In this document: positions 9,377 through 19,173 of the stretch, in pieces
Numbering within the stretch: the stretch's first letter is position 1
Layout: the number at the start of each line of letters is the position of its first letter
Source: Thermoplasmatota archaeon
Lineage (GTDB): Archaea; Thermoplasmatota; Thermoplasmata; Lutacidiplasmatales; JAMCUS01
Length of the DNA stretch: 64,000 nucleotides
Assembly (NCBI GenBank): GCA_023379385.1
Contig: JAMCUS010000027.1
Coordinates: 11,640 to 75,639 of the forward strand
Direction: 5' to 3'
The notes under the pieces: model-generated
Told to the model about the DNA's origin: nothing
Database searches by the model: none
What the model saw: the letters and a program-made list of their open reading frames with translations, nothing else
Translations under genes and position numbers: made by a program

Positions 9377-10975
9377 TTATATTTTTTTAAATTCATCATT
9401 AGTCTTTCTGCGATATATACCATTTTCATAAATCTCTGGACTGTTTGTTTGAGCCTTTTGATTATATCCATTTTCATCACCCTTGGGCTTAGGTGATCTC
9501 TTATTCCTCCACCGGTTACCAACGATTACTACAATAACTCCAGCAATTACACCTCCTATTATTCCCATTAACAGGTAATTACCTGTTATAATCGTAGCAG
9601 ATGAGGATTGTTCAGCTGTGTTTATGGCTTTTACTGTTATTACAGCATCATACAGATGCAATGTAATGTTTACAGAGTCTGTAACCATAAGTGACGGATG
9701 GAATATACCTGCGGTAGTATATGTGTGTGTTATATTCATTCCAGGTAACGATGACCCATAATTACCATCCCCAAAATTCCACTGGATAGTGTATGATGGA
9801 ATTCCGCCGTGGATAATTGTCAGAAACGTTACGGTTGACGGTGCATAAGGATTAGATGGTAGTTTTATTGATGTCTGTACAGAAAATGAGCTATTATTAA
9901 TTCTACTGCTTGTATAATTTACTACATAATATATGGACTCATACTGTGCAATATACCCTTCAGAATTCACTGCAATGAGTGATGGTGCAATAGTAACTGC
10001 AGTTGCGTTGGATACTGCAACAGGGTAGGTGTAGTTAAGAAAAACCATGCTAAGTGTAGTTTGTATACTCCGGTTTGCACCGTTACCAAAATTCATTCTG
10101 TAAGTAAATGGAGAATCCAGTGCCAGTGCACTAACAGTGAATTGAATTTTGTCACCTTCTTTAATATAACCTCCGGATGAAATGGCAGTATTAGTGGTCA
10201 GATCTTTTACTTTATAATATGCCAAAAAGAAACTGGATAACGTTCCGTTTGGTGACTTTACACTACTATTGCTTACAGTAACGGTTAGATTCGCATATGC
10301 AGATACGCCTGTATTATCGGTTACTGTCAAGATTACGTCGTAGGTTCCAGCTAACTGATATGTATGTATCGGATTCTCACTGGATGATATGGCTCCGTCA
10401 TCAAAGTTCCATTGCCATTGATACGGAGGTACACCACCTGAGGCACTTCCATTAAATGCCACTGTAAGATTCTTTTGAGATGCAATTCGTATGTATGCAA
10501 TCAGCGTATTATTTGTCTTATTGCCAACAGTAATGGTAATATTAGCATATGCGGTTAAGTTGTTGGAGTCCGTTGCTGACAGGGTTACATTGTAGATTCC
10601 AGCTGACTGATATGTATGTATAGGATTTTCACTGTATGATATGGCTCCGTCATCAAAGTTCCATTGCCAGTAATACGGTGGTGCACCACCTGAGGCATTC
10701 CCATAAAATTGTACTGTTAAGGGTGTAGAACCGTTCATGGGATATGCAGAGGCATATGCAGAAAGTACACTGCTATTACTGGCTATGGCTGATACTGTCG
10801 TAGGAGTTAATGAAGCAGAGTATGGTTGCCTAAATTCTCCATTGATGTTACCGGTAAAAAAGTATGGACTGCCACTTATGATCAGGATTAATATTAGTGT
10901 AAGAACAGATAACTGAACAAATGCTATCGAAATAAACGATCTATTAACATTGCATTTTTTCTTATTTTTATCCAT
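9377..10975 (-). CDS. bitopic surface protein with N-in TM, several PKD-like domains (three WxFxDG motifs), a C-terminal TM and a ~45-aa cytoplasmic tail
   Basis: 532 aa. WQWNFDDGAISYSENPIHTY occurs twice and WNFGDGNYGSS once. The C-terminal hydrophobic segment is followed by RWRNKRSPKPKGDENG... Confidence 0.55.
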   Translation of the reverse strand: MDKNKKKCNVNRSFISIAFVQLSVLTLILILIISGSPYFFTGNINGEFRQPYSASLTPTTVSAIASNSSVLSAYASAYPMNGSTPLTVQFYGNASGGAPPYYWQWNFDDGAISYSENPIHTYQSAGIYNVTLSATDSNNLTAYANITITVGNKTNNTLIAYIRIASQKNLTVAFNGSASGGVPPYQWQWNFDDGAISSSENPIHTYQLAGTYDVILTVTDNTGVSAYANLTVTVSNSSVKSPNGTLSSFFLAYYKVKDLTTNTAISSGGYIKEGDKIQFTVSALALDSPFTYRMNFGNGANRSIQTTLSMVFLNYTYPVAVSNATAVTIAPSLIAVNSEGYIAQYESIYYVVNYTSSRINNSSFSVQTSIKLPSNPYAPSTVTFLTIIHGGIPSYTIQWNFGDGNYGSSLPGMNITHTYTTAGIFHPSLMVTDSVNITLHLYDAVITVKAINTAEQSSSATIITGNYLLMGIIGGVIAGVIVVIVGNRWRNKRSPKPKGDENGYNQKAQTNSPEIYENGIYRRKTNDEFKKI

Positions 10976-11147
10976 ATATCTACCCTCTATTTTTCGTTAT
11001 TAGGTTAAAATTATTTTTTCTTTTTCTGATGGCGCTAGTTTAGTCATCATTGGCTTATATCATTTTATCTTATTTCCGTATATCTATAATATTTTTTCAT
11101 CTTTAAATAATGATTGTAAAGATACGCTATAAATACATCAATTTACA

Positions 11148-11168
11148 ACGTATTTATGACGTATTTAT
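11148..11168. promoter_or_regulatory. second copy of the 21-nt aACGTATTTAtgACGTATTTA motif, 173-193 bp upstream of the start of the 9377..10975 gene
   Basis: Exact match to 7960-7980. Confidence 0.5.
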
Positions 11169-11286
11169 CCTCCTGTTTTTAATGTAGACATTATAACCCA
11201 AGGCTTGTACAGATATAGCATGCAAAATTTATAAATAGAATAAAATTCAAATGACGCTTACAGTATATGCATCTGGTGTAAGAATT

Positions 11287-11400
11287 CAGTCGTCTGAAGA
11301 AGTTCAAAAATACTAGCTATCCTTTAATATATGTGTAAATCGCAGCATCTATCATATGAAACAGTAACAATTCTAACTTCAAACCGCTGAACTCTTACCA
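11287..11400. repeat. ~110-bp repeat R1, immediately downstream of the 3' end of the TnpB remnant; IS200/IS605 right-end or omega-RNA-scaffold-like
   Basis: About 90% identical to 20721-20830 (agtcgtctgaag..ttcaaaaatactagctatcctttaatatat.tgtaaatc.cagc.tctat.atatgaa.cagtaacaattctaactt). Its position next to the tnpB 3' end is as expected for an IS605-family right end. Confidence 0.6.
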
Positions 11401-11429
11401 TCTGGTGAATATAGTTGCAATTTTTATGG

Positions 11430-11762
11430 TCATTCATTTACTGAACCTCCATTTAACTTGCCTGATAGCGAACGGAGACTGTATTCTCCCGTCAATCCTA
11501 AGAATTCTAAATTCTTTGCACCTGCATGATCTGCATTATCTACATGACCACATCGCAAACATAAGAAGTTAGCTCCCCTACGATTTCTTCTGTCTATGTT
11601 GCCACATTCAGGGCATCTCTGCGATGTCTTCCAGGGGTCTTTGCGATATACGGATATCCCAAGCTCTTCACATATCTGCTCTAACCGATTGCCGACCCTG
11701 GCATAATGCCAGAAAGACAGAAGTCTGTTTACCCCACGTGAAAACCTTCCACGTTTATTCAT
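11430..11762 (-). pseudogene. tnpB: TnpB (IS200/IS605 OrfB) C-terminal remnant carrying only the RuvC-III and zinc-finger region
   Basis: 110 aa containing ...TSQRCPECGNIDRRNRRGANFLCLRCGHVDNADHAGAKNL. Full TnpB is about 400 aa. The frame ends at the nfo stop codon, so the N-terminal ~300 aa are missing. Confidence 0.65.
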
Positions 11763-11779
11763 CGTGACATTTTTTAAAA

Positions 11780-12640
11780 CTACTGAATTTTTCTCAATTT
11801 TTTTAATAATTCAAGATTTTTTCTGTAATCCTCCAAATCACCGGGCGTCTCCAGGTACATGGGTTTTTTTGCAAATCTTTGATCATTCACTAAAAGTTCA
11901 AATGGTTTCAAGCCAATGTATCCTTTACCTATATGCTCATGTCTGTCCACATGGCTACCTACACCTGTTTTTGAATCGTTTAAATGGAAAGCCATAACTC
12001 TATCAAGTCCTATCACATTATCAATTTCTTTAAATATGGTTTCATATCCGGATTCCGTTCGTATGTCATATCCTGCGGCAAATATGTGGCAGGTATCTAC
12101 GCATATGCCTATTTTCTTGCTATCATTTGCAATATTCATTATTCTGGCTAAATCCGAAAATCTGAACCCTATATTGGACCCCTGGCCCGCTGCTGTTTCA
12201 ATAAGCAGGTTCATATGATATTTTTCAAAGAGAGGAACAACATCTTTTAACGTATCACCGCACATTTTTACTCCATTATCCAATCCGGCATCAAGATGAG
12301 ATCCGGGATGGAATATCAGGTAATCCAATCCTAGCTGCTCAACTCTGTTTATCTCGTCTATTAAAGCGGTTTTTGATCGTTCATGTACATCCTTTTTGGC
12401 AGTAGCAATATTGATGAGATATGCCGCATGGGCTGCACTGCTGGATAGTTTCATTTCCTTCATTTTCAGTTTAAATTTTTCTGCACTTTCTAAAGTTATC
12501 GGTTTATCGCCCCAGCTCCTCTGATTTTTAGAAAACATCTGGATTACTTCACATCCAATTCCTGCGCCTCTTTCAGGAGCTAACACAATAGACCCTGCTA
12601 TGGAAACATGTGCACCAAGCATTTTTGCCATCTCCGGCAT
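11780..12640 (-). CDS. nfo: endonuclease IV (AP endonuclease, xylose-isomerase-like TIM barrel)
   Basis: The conserved N-terminus MLGAHVSIAGS... begins near the MPEMAKM start at 12640; the ORF could extend to 12775. It also carries the HxxY.N...G.C.DTCH pattern and C-terminal YLETP. Confidence 0.7.
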   Translation of the reverse strand: MPEMAKMLGAHVSIAGSIVLAPERGAGIGCEVIQMFSKNQRSWGDKPITLESAEKFKLKMKEMKLSSSAAHAAYLINIATAKKDVHERSKTALIDEINRVEQLGLDYLIFHPGSHLDAGLDNGVKMCGDTLKDVVPLFEKYHMNLLIETAAGQGSNIGFRFSDLARIMNIANDSKKIGICVDTCHIFAAGYDIRTESGYETIFKEIDNVIGLDRVMAFHLNDSKTGVGSHVDRHEHIGKGYIGLKPFELLVNDQRFAKKPMYLETPGDLEDYRKNLELLKKLRKIQ

Positions 12641-12918
12641 ATTATATAGATTGTAAGGGGTATTGGGGAAGCTATAATACTGCGTTCTTTGGGGGGAGAT
12701 ACATAGACTTCCACTATCTTCCTTAACAAAGTTTTTATATATAACATGCATATATATATGTTTCGTTATGATCAAAACTTACGAATACCGGCTGCCTCCC
12801 GACTATTCTACTATCTACTATTAACGAATACCCAATTAACCTACAGGAAGGCAGATGTAAACCGACATCAATAAAAAGGTTAATAATAAGTACACGAACA
12901 AACATACAAAAATCGTAA

Positions 12919-14082
12919 ATGAAAAGAGTGTTCAATAAAAAAAGGGATGTATTCCTTATAGCGTTTTCAGCTTTCTTTGCAGATCTTGGTTATCAGGCAA
13001 TTTTGGCAGGATACCCACTGTTCCTTGTACTGGGACTGAGTGCACCGGTTTACATATTTGGATTTGCCGAAGCAATAGGTTACGGTGGTGGGGCAATTTT
13101 TTCGTATATAGGTGGTCGATTGGGTGATAAATATGGTAGAAAAAAGGTTGCAATAGCTGGAAATTCACTTATACCGTTACTATCATTTATAGGATTGGCT
13201 AACACGGTGCCCCAGGCTGTTTCACTTTTTGTAGGTGGCTGGTGGTCCAGAAATTTCAGAAGTCCAGTGAGAAGGGCAATAATGAGTGACATAACTGATG
13301 TTGAGGAAAGAAAAAGGGCTTTTGGCCTATTGCATGCTCTTGATGTGGGTGGTGGAGTTATTGCGGTTGTATATGCATCGTTAATGATTATGATGGGATT
13401 GGCATTTTCTTTAATTTTTATAGTAACAATAATTCCTCTTGTTATATCTACAATATTGTTAGCCATGGTGAATAGTAAACCGTTAGAGGTAAGAAAGAAC
13501 GAGGTAAAGGTAGAGGTAAAGAAAAATAGATCAGGCATTTTTAAAATGGTTGTTATAGCAACGATCTTTTTTGGATTCAGTTATTATAGTTTCGGATTCC
13601 CTATAATAACCATTGCACAATCCACACATGTTGATTATCTTGCAATGCTTGGATATGGCTTATTTCTTGCGTCATCCTCAATTACCGGGTATTTTATAGG
13701 TAATATTAAAATTAAGGAATTAACAGGTCTCGCATTTTCTGGTTACCTTCTTGCGGCGATAGCCAATTTGGGATTTGCATTTCTATTCAAATACGGTATA
13801 GAGGGTTTATACCCGGCTGTTATAACACTGGGTGTATCCACAGGTATGATAGAAACAATGGAGCCCACAATAATATCCAAGGTGATAGGACAATCACAAA
13901 TGGGTAAGGGAATGGGTACTCTGGGCATGGGAAGGAGTATAGGATTGTTTTTTGGTAATATTTTAATGGGTATTTTATACACCATTAGTTACTTCTATTC
14001 CTATATGTATGGTTTTATAACTTCACTAATTTCCTTTTTTCTGATTATTGTAGCTATGTTTATATACGGAAATAATCTCTAG
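12919..14082 (+). CDS. MFS-type transporter
   Basis: 387 aa with about 12 hydrophobic segments and a GGRLGDKYGRKK motif between TM2 and TM3. Confidence 0.65.
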   Translation: MKRVFNKKRDVFLIAFSAFFADLGYQAILAGYPLFLVLGLSAPVYIFGFAEAIGYGGGAIFSYIGGRLGDKYGRKKVAIAGNSLIPLLSFIGLANTVPQAVSLFVGGWWSRNFRSPVRRAIMSDITDVEERKRAFGLLHALDVGGGVIAVVYASLMIMMGLAFSLIFIVTIIPLVISTILLAMVNSKPLEVRKNEVKVEVKKNRSGIFKMVVIATIFFGFSYYSFGFPIITIAQSTHVDYLAMLGYGLFLASSSITGYFIGNIKIKELTGLAFSGYLLAAIANLGFAFLFKYGIEGLYPAVITLGVSTGMIETMEPTIISKVIGQSQMGKGMGTLGMGRSIGLFFGNILMGILYTISYFYSYMYGFITSLISFFLIIVAMFIYGNNL

Positions 14083-14432
14083 ACGTGTTTTATTTTTAAA
14101 TTACAATAGTTTTGCATATATATGTAAAAATAAAAATGCTATTTCTATTTATCTATTAATAACCAGATATTGATTTTAAATATTATAAAATATTAAAGAT
14201 TATTCAATATTCTGTAATTCTATGTCATTTATTGAATCCAGAAGTTAATAAATATTTTTATATAATGAAATAAATGTAAAACTATTGTAAATCAAATAGG
14301 ATGTTCAAACGGCGTTTACAATAAAGACCGGTACAGTATGTATACATATATCTTTTAAAAAATTCTCATAGAAGATCCGTTAAAATGAAATTGCGATGCA
14401 TTGACAGGAATAGACCCCTATTTTTGTAAAAA

Positions 14433-15128
14433 CTAAATCAGGGCAGATTTAAGAACTCTCATGCCGATTCCTGTGGATATTTCATATGGTCTGATCTCTT
14501 TTGAGTGTTTGGAACCTCTCATTTTTACAATTTTGAGAGTGGTGGTGTATTGTCTAGAGTTATTCAATTCATAGAATTGCAGGAGGACAACTCCGTCTAC
14601 AACATATTCTATCAACCCGTCCCTTGATGTCGTAGGTTTGAGTGGATTTACCTCTGAAGTGAATATCGTTGTGGCACCGGTTCTTTTAAATATGGATGCA
14701 AGCTTGAAAAGATTGGTTCTTCGTTCATCTTCTGAATCAAACAGCATTGCAAAAAGTGATATTGAATCAAATAGAATTCTGGAGGCTCCAAATGTTTTAA
14801 TAGATTCTTCCAGTTCAGTAGATAATTTCAAAAAAGTACCCTTGGAATCTTCAGGATTTAATTTTATGGCTAATAATTTTTTTTCATTTGCATATTTCTC
14901 TAAATCCCAGTTAAAATTAGAACTATTTTCAACAATTGATCTGAACTCTTCTTCTAACGATACGAGTATTGCTTTTTCACCTGCCTTAAGCCCTGCTACA
15001 AGAAACTGCAAACCAAGAGTGGTTTTTCCAGTTCCACATTCCCCTAAAACTGCCAGTGTGTGCCCCTGCACAATACCTTTATCCAGCATATCATCAAGGC
15101 CGTCTATACCTGATACAATTTTTTTCAT
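14433..15128 (-). CDS. KaiC-like / RecA-superfamily ATPase (single domain)
   Basis: Walker A GECGTGKTTLGLQF, Walker B VVLLQ, and KaiC-type C-terminal KMRGSKH. Confidence 0.7.
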   Translation of the reverse strand: MKKIVSGIDGLDDMLDKGIVQGHTLAVLGECGTGKTTLGLQFLVAGLKAGEKAILVSLEEEFRSIVENSSNFNWDLEKYANEKKLLAIKLNPEDSKGTFLKLSTELEESIKTFGASRILFDSISLFAMLFDSEDERRTNLFKLASIFKRTGATTIFTSEVNPLKPTTSRDGLIEYVVDGVVLLQFYELNNSRQYTTTLKIVKMRGSKHSKEIRPYEISTGIGMRVLKSALI

Positions 15129-15131
15129 AAA

Positions 15132-15977
15132 TTACACCCGTTCATAATTTGAAACAACCAGACCATTAATTGAGGTTATATCTATTGCAAATCTGGAGAT
15201 TCTCATTTCATTTGCATGTACAAGTAGAGGCATAAACTTTTCTATATACATTGTACGTTGCCTTTTGGACGTTTTGTAATTTTTTAACCATTCAAATTTT
15301 ATAACACCATCAAAACAATCCTTGATGATATTTATCTTTTCTTCATTTACAATCCGATCCGTCATTGTAAAATATATTATGCCCTTCCAGGCTTTTGAAA
15401 TTCTTCTGATACCCTTCAGAAGAATCAATAGATCATCCATATCCACAGATTTTGAATACAGAAGATCTGATAAAGAATCTATTATTACTAAATTCTGTTT
15501 TCCGTATTTTTCAAGAAAAGAAACCAGAACCTCAAGAGGTTTTTTATTATCATTATTATCTGCAAGTGCCTCTAAAAGATTCTCGTTGCTCCATTTGGAG
15601 GGAACAATCGTATGCCTGAAATAGATGTTTGATAGATCTGCAAATAACATATTGCTGTTAAGTATTCTATAATATTCATCGTTGAATGATAAATTTATTT
15701 CTTCTAGAACAACCTCTCTAGGGGAGGTGAAACTTATATACGCAATCATACTTGGAAGGACCTTCTGATCAATGTCATGACCTAAAATAAACCTCTTCAT
15801 TCTTGGATTTTTTGCAGATAACAGCAATCGTGCAGCGGACGTTATTGCAAATTCCCTATAACCAGATCCATGTTCTCCTAAAAGAAGTATGCTTGAACCT
15901 TTTGGAAATCCACCACCTATGATAATATCAAAATCTGCAATTCCTGAAGGAATTTTATCGTTTATCACATTAATCAT
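15132..15977 (-). CDS. KaiC-like paralog with a degenerate P-loop (GEHGSGY in place of GxxGxGKT); probably a non-catalytic partner
   Basis: Same domain layout as the neighbouring gene (DIIIGGGFPKGSSILLLGEHGSGY). It is 3 nt upstream of 14433..15128, so the two are likely co-transcribed. Confidence 0.55.
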   Translation of the reverse strand: MINVINDKIPSGIADFDIIIGGGFPKGSSILLLGEHGSGYREFAITSAARLLLSAKNPRMKRFILGHDIDQKVLPSMIAYISFTSPREVVLEEINLSFNDEYYRILNSNMLFADLSNIYFRHTIVPSKWSNENLLEALADNNDNKKPLEVLVSFLEKYGKQNLVIIDSLSDLLYSKSVDMDDLLILLKGIRRISKAWKGIIYFTMTDRIVNEEKINIIKDCFDGVIKFEWLKNYKTSKRQRTMYIEKFMPLLVHANEMRISRFAIDITSINGLVVSNYERV

Positions 15978-16017
15978 AGCTCTATAGATTTTGTTCTATT
16001 TAATTCTTGTATATCCC

Positions 16018-16134
16018 TCAACAGGATGTAAGGGGATACCAAAGACGGCATATTTTCATCCCAAAAAATCAGTTTTTGAGCGTGAATTTTTGGAGATTTT
16101 GTTGAATTACCCAGTTCTGTTACGACCTGTCGAA
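16018..16134. mobile_element. MITE-like element, copy III (reverse orientation): ~14-bp terminal inverted repeats TCAACAGGATGTAA / TTACGACCTGTCGA around an ~80-bp core
   Basis: The core aaggggataccaaagacggcatattttcatcccaaaaaatcagtttttgagcgtgaatttttggagattttgttgaattaccc is the reverse complement of the cores at 28915-28995 and 57730-57815. Confidence 0.65.
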
Positions 16135-16167
16135 AGTCATTATGTTGTTGGACCAGGTACATAGCCA

Positions 16168-16974
16168 TTATTCTAGGAGCATCTTCTCCATTCGCAATCT
16201 TGTTTTGACCTTATCGAGCTGTGCTAATGTTTTTTTGTTTTGTTCGGTTAAAATTGATACAGCATGTTCTATATGAGGCATAACGGGTTCTAGATATGGT
16301 AAATTTATTGAAATATTTTTAAAATTCAATCTCAAATTCCTAGGTTTGCGGTTTCCTTCTATGTATTCAATAAAAAGTCCTTTATAAGTGATTTTAATTG
16401 ATGTTATTTTTCCACCAAAAAGAATTAATGTAAAAAGTGTTTTTTTAAAGTAATCAGGAGGGTTGTATTGTTTATTAAGGCAATATTTTTCATACACATC
16501 TAACATATCAGGATCAAGTAAAGCAGCATATGATTCATTTATCTCAGTGACTTCAAGTGATGAAGGATATAATTGAATATTCTTTGCTAATTCTATTATT
16601 GCAGAAAAATATTTTCTTTTTGTTTCTTTAATATAAGGTATTAATGGTTCTGCGTTTTTAATCATATACAATATCATTTTCGGATGAAATAATCCTGTAT
16701 TCAATATTGATTTAAATCTGCCGAATTGTTTATTATTTTTATTAAATATTTTTATTCCTATGGTGGTCTTTAGGCACAGAAGATATTTCTTCCCGTGATA
16801 TTTTACAGGGAATTCATGTGTACCTGTCGACTTCACACCCAATTCATCAATAACAGATGTAAGTTCATTAACTATTTTTTCATTCATGGACTTCACTGTA
16901 CCGCTCTCCAGTTGACCAATTTGCTTCAGTAACGATAAATGCTTTTTATATAGTTCATATAAGTTATCAGTCAT
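16168..16974 (-). CDS. 268-aa uncharacterized protein, paralog 1 of a family linked to the MoxR-VWA operon
   Basis: Shares the YELYKK(H/Y)L(S/P)L N-terminus and the LYMIKNAEPLIP(Y/H)(I/V)(K/E)ETKRKYFSAIIELAKN(I/V)QL core with 17096..17902. Also carries the LILFGG(K/E)I and NLP(Y/F)LEPVMP motifs. Confidence 0.5.
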   Translation of the reverse strand: MTDNLYELYKKHLSLLKQIGQLESGTVKSMNEKIVNELTSVIDELGVKSTGTHEFPVKYHGKKYLLCLKTTIGIKIFNKNNKQFGRFKSILNTGLFHPKMILYMIKNAEPLIPYIKETKRKYFSAIIELAKNIQLYPSSLEVTEINESYAALLDPDMLDVYEKYCLNKQYNPPDYFKKTLFTLILFGGKITSIKITYKGLFIEYIEGNRKPRNLRLNFKNISINLPYLEPVMPHIEHAVSILTEQNKKTLAQLDKVKTRLRMEKMLLE

Positions 16975-17095
16975 AATTACACCTTTTATGTTATTGCAAT
17001 GATTTAACTAATAGTAGACATATTAATTATGAGCAGGATGATATACATGAATTGTGAATTGCCTTTTCAATTTTACAGAAAAATCAGTACACTAT

Positions 17096-17902
17096 CTAAT
17101 GGTTTTCTAATTTTTCTTTGATGTTTTTTAACTGTGCCAATATTTTTTCATTTTCTTTTTTGATTGATTTTACAACCTTCAATATTTTTTTTAAATTTGA
17201 GACTGTGTCTTCTATCTGTGGCATTACTGGTTCTAGAAATGGCAGGTTCATCAACAAATTATTGTAATTTAATTTTAATTTTAAAACATCTGCATTATAT
17301 CCATTTTTGTAGGCAAGGTAAAAATCGTCAATTTCTTTTATTTCTCCTCCAAAAAGAATTAATCTAACAAGTGATGGTGTTTCATAGTCATCATCATTTA
17401 TATATGTACCCATCTCTTCGGAATTAGGTAAGGACGCATATGATTCATTAATTTTTTTAGTAATCAATAAGGGTGAACATAATTGTACATTCTTGGCTAA
17501 TTCTATTATTGCAGAAAAATATTTCCGTTTTGTTTCTTCAACATGAGGTATTAATGGCTCTGCATTTTTAATCATATACAATACAATTTCAAAATTATCA
17601 TATGAGCATTTCGTTATTGTTGTTAATTCACTGAACTGTTTTGTGGTTATGTCAAATTTTTTTATTCCTAGATCGCCGTTACCTGTGCATAAAAGATAAT
17701 CTTCATTCTTATACCTTACAGGAGTTGTATACATATCTGATGATAAATCCCCGAGCCCTTTCATCAATTTTCTAATCGTGGATGCAAATTCATCAACAAT
17801 CATGCAATCCATCTGATACAAATCAATGTCATCCTGATGAATCCGAATCCACTCAATTAAAGGCAGATATTTTTTATACAATTCATATATATGGTGTATC
17901 AA
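17096..17902 (-). CDS. 268-aa uncharacterized protein, paralog 2; third gene of the MoxR / VWA / 268-aa operon
   Basis: Its start codon overlaps the end of the VWA gene (17899-17902). See paralog 1 for shared motifs. Confidence 0.5.
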   Translation of the reverse strand: MIHHIYELYKKYLPLIEWIRIHQDDIDLYQMDCMIVDEFASTIRKLMKGLGDLSSDMYTTPVRYKNEDYLLCTGNGDLGIKKFDITTKQFSELTTITKCSYDNFEIVLYMIKNAEPLIPHVEETKRKYFSAIIELAKNVQLCSPLLITKKINESYASLPNSEEMGTYINDDDYETPSLVRLILFGGEIKEIDDFYLAYKNGYNADVLKLKLNYNNLLMNLPFLEPVMPQIEDTVSNLKKILKVVKSIKKENEKILAQLKNIKEKLENH

Positions 17903-19173
17903 AGCTCCACCCCCAACACCTGTATGCCTTTTAAACCTACTTCTTTTGGGTGTATACCATATGAAATATTGACAGTATTTAGCTTATGCAATAATGATCT
18001 CACAACCTTTTTATTTATATCACCTATATAAAAATCGCTGAAAATTATAACCGTGTCATTATTTTTCCTGATCTCTATTGCTTTCTTTAAGGCAGGTAAT
18101 ATGAGAGTCCCACCGCCACCTTTAAGTCCTTTTTTCACTTTGTCAATATCTGATGGACTAGTTACTTTTATTTCTTCATATACGGATGCATCCCAGGGTA
18201 TTACACGTATATTAGCCTTCAACCTCGCTATACTGTATAACTCTGCAAGGTATTCCTTTAGAATTTTATCATCAATACTGCCAGATGTATCAACCAGTAT
18301 AATGACATCTTTTTTCCCGTATGGTTGTTTACATGGAAGATCTGGATTCTTTCTGTTTTCCCTGCTCCACGATTTGCGCATCTCATTTCCAAGTGATCTA
18401 TCCATCTGGTCACGGAGTAGTCTTCTCCAGTCTACTTTTGATTCAGCCATTTCGTTCATTATACGCTTAGCGCCACCTGGTACAGTGCCTGCCAGATTTG
18501 TAAGAGCTATCGCCTCTCCCAGTTTGCCTTTCAGCATGTTTTCAATGTTGACAACTTTTGTTTTTCCGTTTAATTCGTCATCTCCCACATTTAGCAAAAC
18601 AACACCACCTGGTAATGGTAATACCAAAATGACTTTTTCATTTGCTAATAATACTTTTGATATAATGGTAGTTATTTTACCGCTCAACACCAATTTTGCT
18701 ACAATTTCTTCAACACTAAGTTTCTCAAGTTCATTAGTATCCATACCTGTAATATCTGAAAGTATTTTTATAGTAATCCTATTCTCCGGCATATGAAAAT
18801 TTCCATCTGCTAAAAAATCAAGATCTAATATATGGTTAATTTTTGCATCTTCAATAATATTTAAATAGTTATCAGATATGTTGTACATCTTCTTCATAGC
18901 TAAATCTCTATAAAAGTGGTTCATTATAATGTGTAATGCTTCATGCGATATTATATATATCTTTTCATCCAGATCATAATTGAAAAATTTTTTAGTCAAC
19001 AGTATAGAGAAAGAAGTCTCATTGCATGAAACAGCTATTGTTTCAATATCTTCACTTTCATTTACAAGATAAACGGGTATCTTCTTTAGAAGGTACCCAT
19101 AAAACGGGTATCTTAGCGTTGTTATGGTCAGTAAATTATTAAATTCTTGAATTTCATCCATATCAAACACCAT
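17899..19173 (-). CDS. VWA-domain protein with an N-terminal putative zinc-metallopeptidase domain (HExxH), a typical MoxR partner
   Basis: HEALHIIMNH (HExxH). The MIDAS motif ILVDTSGSID (DxSxS) sits in a C-terminal VWA fold. The gene overlaps the upstream MoxR gene by 11 nt. Confidence 0.65.
   Translation of the reverse strand: MVFDMDEIQEFNNLLTITTLRYPFYGYLLKKIPVYLVNESEDIETIAVSCNETSFSILLTKKFFNYDLDEKIYIISHEALHIIMNHFYRDLAMKKMYNISDNYLNIIEDAKINHILDLDFLADGNFHMPENRITIKILSDITGMDTNELEKLSVEEIVAKLVLSGKITTIISKVLLANEKVILVLPLPGGVVLLNVGDDELNGKTKVVNIENMLKGKLGEAIALTNLAGTVPGGAKRIMNEMAESKVDWRRLLRDQMDRSLGNEMRKSWSRENRKNPDLPCKQPYGKKDVIILVDTSGSIDDKILKEYLAELYSIARLKANIRVIPWDASVYEEIKVTSPSDIDKVKKGLKGGGGTLILPALKKAIEIRKNNDTVIIFSDFYIGDINKKVVRSLLHKLNTVNISYGIHPKEVGLKGIQVLGVEL

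Noticed and set aside
15974-16168. 64-aa ORF between the KaiC-like operon and the 268-aa paralog
   Set aside because: It is almost entirely covered by MITE copy III (16018-16134), so its coding potential comes from the repeat. It is most likely spurious.
18053-18796. 247-aa plus-strand ORF antisense to the VWA-metallopeptidase gene
   Set aside because: It is Ser/Phe/Leu-rich low-complexity sequence antisense to a motif-supported CDS. This is a typical shadow ORF in AT-rich DNA.
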